Source: Amphiscolops sp. MND2022 (lineage: Eukaryota). From it: a stretch of DNA of 64,000 nucleotides. The stretch's first letter is position 1; every line of letters starts with the position of its first letter. The notes beneath the pieces were generated by a model. It worked only from the letters and a program-made list of their open reading frames with translations, did no database searches and had not been told where the DNA came from. Shown in pieces: positions 60,851 through 64,000 of the stretch. The translations under genes were made by a program, and so were the position numbers. The stretch is from positions 18,972,001 to 19,036,000 of the forward strand of contig OZ076415.1 of NCBI GenBank assembly GCA_964187785.1. The letters run 5' to 3'.

Positions 60851-61210
60851 CGACGAACGGCACGCGTCGAAGGTAGCCTTTCGACGCGTGCCGTTAATCA
60901 CACTCAAGCTTGCTGTTAATCACCCACTTAACTAGAATTATCTGTTGATGACAACTCAAAGGCACTTAACACATCTTCTGATGATGAGGGTCATGGAGGA
61001 CAAACTCCGCGAATTCAAAGGGAAGCCGACGCTTGGAAAAAATCCTTCAGAAAAGTTTAGGACGGATCAGGATAATTAACATAGTCTCTACCGCCAAATT
61101 GAAACTCCGGGAAGTCCCAACTCGGTCTGGAACAGATTCCTGTTGAATTCATTCTGATTTTAACTTCGCTAGTCACTAGTCAAGCTCTCAAAATTGCTGA
61201 AAGTTTCATC

Positions 61211-61880
61211 ATGGACAAATTCAACAGAGCAAGAAAACTCTTCGGATTAATGGATTTTAGCTCGGAATCTTCAGCTGACTCTGTAATTTATACAAGCAGT
61301 GACGGTGAAGTCTCAGTTGAGTGGAATTCAGAATGGTCCACCGATACTGAAGAAATGGTTAGGAGAGTCGAAACACAAGTGACAGCTTGCCCTATACCGA
61401 TAGCAGAAATAAAAATGACCACCGCCAGTGACGAGCCAGGCCCAAGTACATCACTATCGGGACAGCCGGTGTCACCGAAATTCAGCGACGCTTACGTCGA
61501 TGAAATACTCTGCTATGCTTCCTCAAAAGGGAGTTCGAAGAGAAGAATTGAATAATGTAAGACAATTCTGCCTGTTTTGGAATCACCTATGTCGCCCCCA
61601 GAACAAGAAAGAGGGCGTTCACAGATTACGCCAATGCTGCAAACTATGGATAATGGCTTCCACGCGTCTTATTACTTTCAGAGTACAAGGCCGTACGCAG
61701 ACATTAGTAGCCAGAGATGCGTCAGCTGTATGGTGTGCGGAACGTCAGTCGAGGAAATCAAGGAACAGAAAATAAAGTGGTATATGGAACGATCAACACC
61801 ACAAAGTGAGCCCGCTTAAATTTCGGCACTCAGACGAGAGGCACATTCAAATGGACTCGACGCCGGTAGTTTACTCTTCA
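61211..61880 (+). pseudogene. Gypsy B sense accessory ORF upstream of the 3' LTR
   Basis: MDKFNRARKLFGLMDFSSESSADSVIYTSSDGE... and, after frameshifts, ...RCVSCMVCGTSVEEIKEQKIKWYMERS..RREAH. Confidence 0.6.
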
Positions 61881-61892
61881 TAGCACCCGCTG

Positions 61893-63527
61893 TGTCGCAG
61901 GCTGCCACCAGAGATAGTACCCGGCACGTTGCCTAGTTATTCAAAACTGAAACGCTACGAATTTTTTTGTTTTGTTTTGTTATATTTATTATGGTTTCGT
62001 AGTATTAGTCTGTTAAATGTACGATTTGGCAAATTCAAATCAAGTTGCTAGATTTTGTCAAAAGACGTAGTAAATGTAGATTAAATTGATGCAAGTTGAA
62101 TACAACTGTAAAGCATCAAAAGAAACGTGTTCAAGTGATGTAAAGTGCTATTCCGGAAACGTCGCTTGAGCATGTAATCGCAGCCAATCTCACTTCACCA
62201 CTTATTGCGTCAATGATGCTTTTGTTCATTTATGGCCAATAAGGCCAATTGACGCAACATCTCCACTCCTGATTAGCAATGCAGTCAAATGGCCGGTTCC
62301 GGCCGCTTCATGAAAGGACGTAGTTGTGAAGTTAATTATACTTGTAATTAACCAGTAATTAGGTGCTTGTGTTCTACGCTTTGAATAGATGCTTCTATGC
62401 AAAAGATAGAGACCAATACCCCAGACTTGGTATTACTTGCCGATTACGGACATTTACCTATAGTTTGACAGTTCTTATTAGGCATGAGACGAATAGCCCA
62501 TTCAGGCAGTTTTAATATCATTGTTGTTTACATGTAATTTGCAGTTCAGTTAGAGTAGTATAGCCTGTTGAGTCACACGCGCCAATGCGTGCCTGCAATG
62601 AATATTCCTCGTTTTGTTGATGCTTTGATGTAACTAGTCCATTGACCGATAACTTAAAGGTATTCATTTGATGCCACAAAAACCTGTTGCTAGTCACTTG
62701 ATATATTTTGATGCTTCTTTGATAATGATAACAACGTGACGTTTAGGGTCACGACTGCCATGTGTCATGTGATTTTGTTCTTGATTGGAAAATGTAAGGA
62801 ATGTGAGTGTCACCCTCTCAGGGGTATATATACCAATACCTCTCCTAGAAAGACACTCATTATTTTTACACGCTCTGATAAAGATACCTCCAAAACAGTT
62901 CACTGTTGATTTTCCGAAAAGAGATAATTCAAGTATTGGTACTCGGATTTCTTTGATGCCTACTACTAGAAAACAGAAAAAGGCAAGAAAGTCAAGAGGA
63001 CTAGAATTACTCTCAGATATAGCAACCCTAGATATAATGTCAGGTGAAAGACACTCTGTGAGATGAAAGTGCTAATAGTAATTCAGCTTGAATGCCGGAA
63101 AGTACCACTAGTGATATGTTGGAAAGTATTGAAGAAAACTTGTACTTGAATCATACAGAAATGAGATCAGGTAATAATGCCGACCCCGGACAAAATTCAG
63201 CAAGTGCTAACTCGAATGCTGAGGTCAATAGATTGTCGAGCGAGCTTAACTCGAGGTTGTCAAGAGAAATGGATGAGTGGATGAACTGTGTTAATACGCA
63301 TATCCAAAGAGCAAAAGGTGATGCTATAAGCAATCAGATATTGCCGCAAATACAAAATGCCTCAAGGGCCGGATCGGGACATGTGACACAAAACAGATGG
63401 AACGTTCCGGCTGAGAGGCCGGAAATTAATCCCGAAGATTATCGCAGTGCGAAAACTAAAAACAACTCTAGAGGTGAGCCAACCCGTGATTGTCTTCATG
63501 ACAATCGCACAAACCAAGCTTACGACA
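61893..63527 (+). repeat. Gypsy B 3' LTR (1635 bp) with a second copy of the gag N-terminus
   Basis: Homologous to the 5' LTR and followed by the GCCCC TSD. Confidence 0.93.
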
Positions 63528-64000
63528 GCCCCCTTTTGATTTTTAGCAGGAACAAAGCGGACTAAAGGATAGAGGGCTAAAATCTATGCAGGTTGAAATC
63601 GAAGGCCGGTAATAGTTGTCCTTGTAGTTAGATGATAAACTTTGTAGGCTCTACATCTCTAAAGTTACGGTTCTGATCTAAATGCTGGATGTTCTACGGT
63701 TTTTAAGTTTAATGGTGGCCCAACTTCTTTGGTTCCCATCTTATTCTAATTCCAGTAGCCTTTTGTTTTCCACTAATTGTTTTTTGAAAACTGTGGATGA
63801 TACGAAAGATAACAACCAAATAATACAATGACTTTCCCGAGAATATTTTGCGAAGTCCCATCGAAGCTAATATGGAAGATCTACCGGACGATTCAAAGCA
63901 AATCAGTAAAGATACGAAGGCTTTCATTTTGATTTTGTAACAACTTTCTTTCATTTACAACCACCTTGAAGGTTACTTCGGGCGGCAAAACTGTCAGTGT

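Larger units (their letters stand above)
50535..63527 (+). mobile_element. Complete but decayed Ty3/Gypsy LTR retrotransposon B (12,993 bp)
   Basis: LTRs 50535-52245 and 61893-63527 (TGTCGCAGG...CTTACGACA); target-site duplication GCCCC at 50530-50534 and 63528-63532; Gag-PR-RT-RH-IN order. Confidence 0.95.

Noticed and set aside
61211-61880. env gene in the usual third-ORF position
   Set aside because: No signal peptide, furin site or transmembrane segment visible.

Overview
Eukaryotic (animal, intron-rich, AT-rich) genomic DNA dominated by decayed retroelements; the species cannot be established from sequence alone. Host genes: the 3' half of cytosolic Hsp90 (1-1965, +), whose two introns appear to host four box C/D and one H/ACA snoRNA; a gene with eight symmetric LDL-receptor class A exons (33221-42709, +); and a three-exon gene with two tandem copies of an unassigned domain (47713-49754, -). 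Mobile DNA: (1) a Gypsy gag/protease relic near 5-6 kb; (2) a 9.2 kb BEL/Pao LTR element (7224-16453, -) with a tRNA-like segment in its LTRs, an extra SGNH-like ORF and a hairpin array upstream of gag; (3) a partial Gypsy element (17104 to ~23200, -) caught in a ~4 kb tandem duplication; (4) two LINEs; (5) a complete 13 kb Gypsy element (50535-63527, +, GCCCC target-site duplication). The most striking observation is that both Gypsy elements carry a homologous antisense gene whose three introns sit at the same positions and phases, next to a divergent sense accessory ORF. All alignments, translations outside the ORF track and rRNA comparisons were done by eye or from memory and need computational confirmation.
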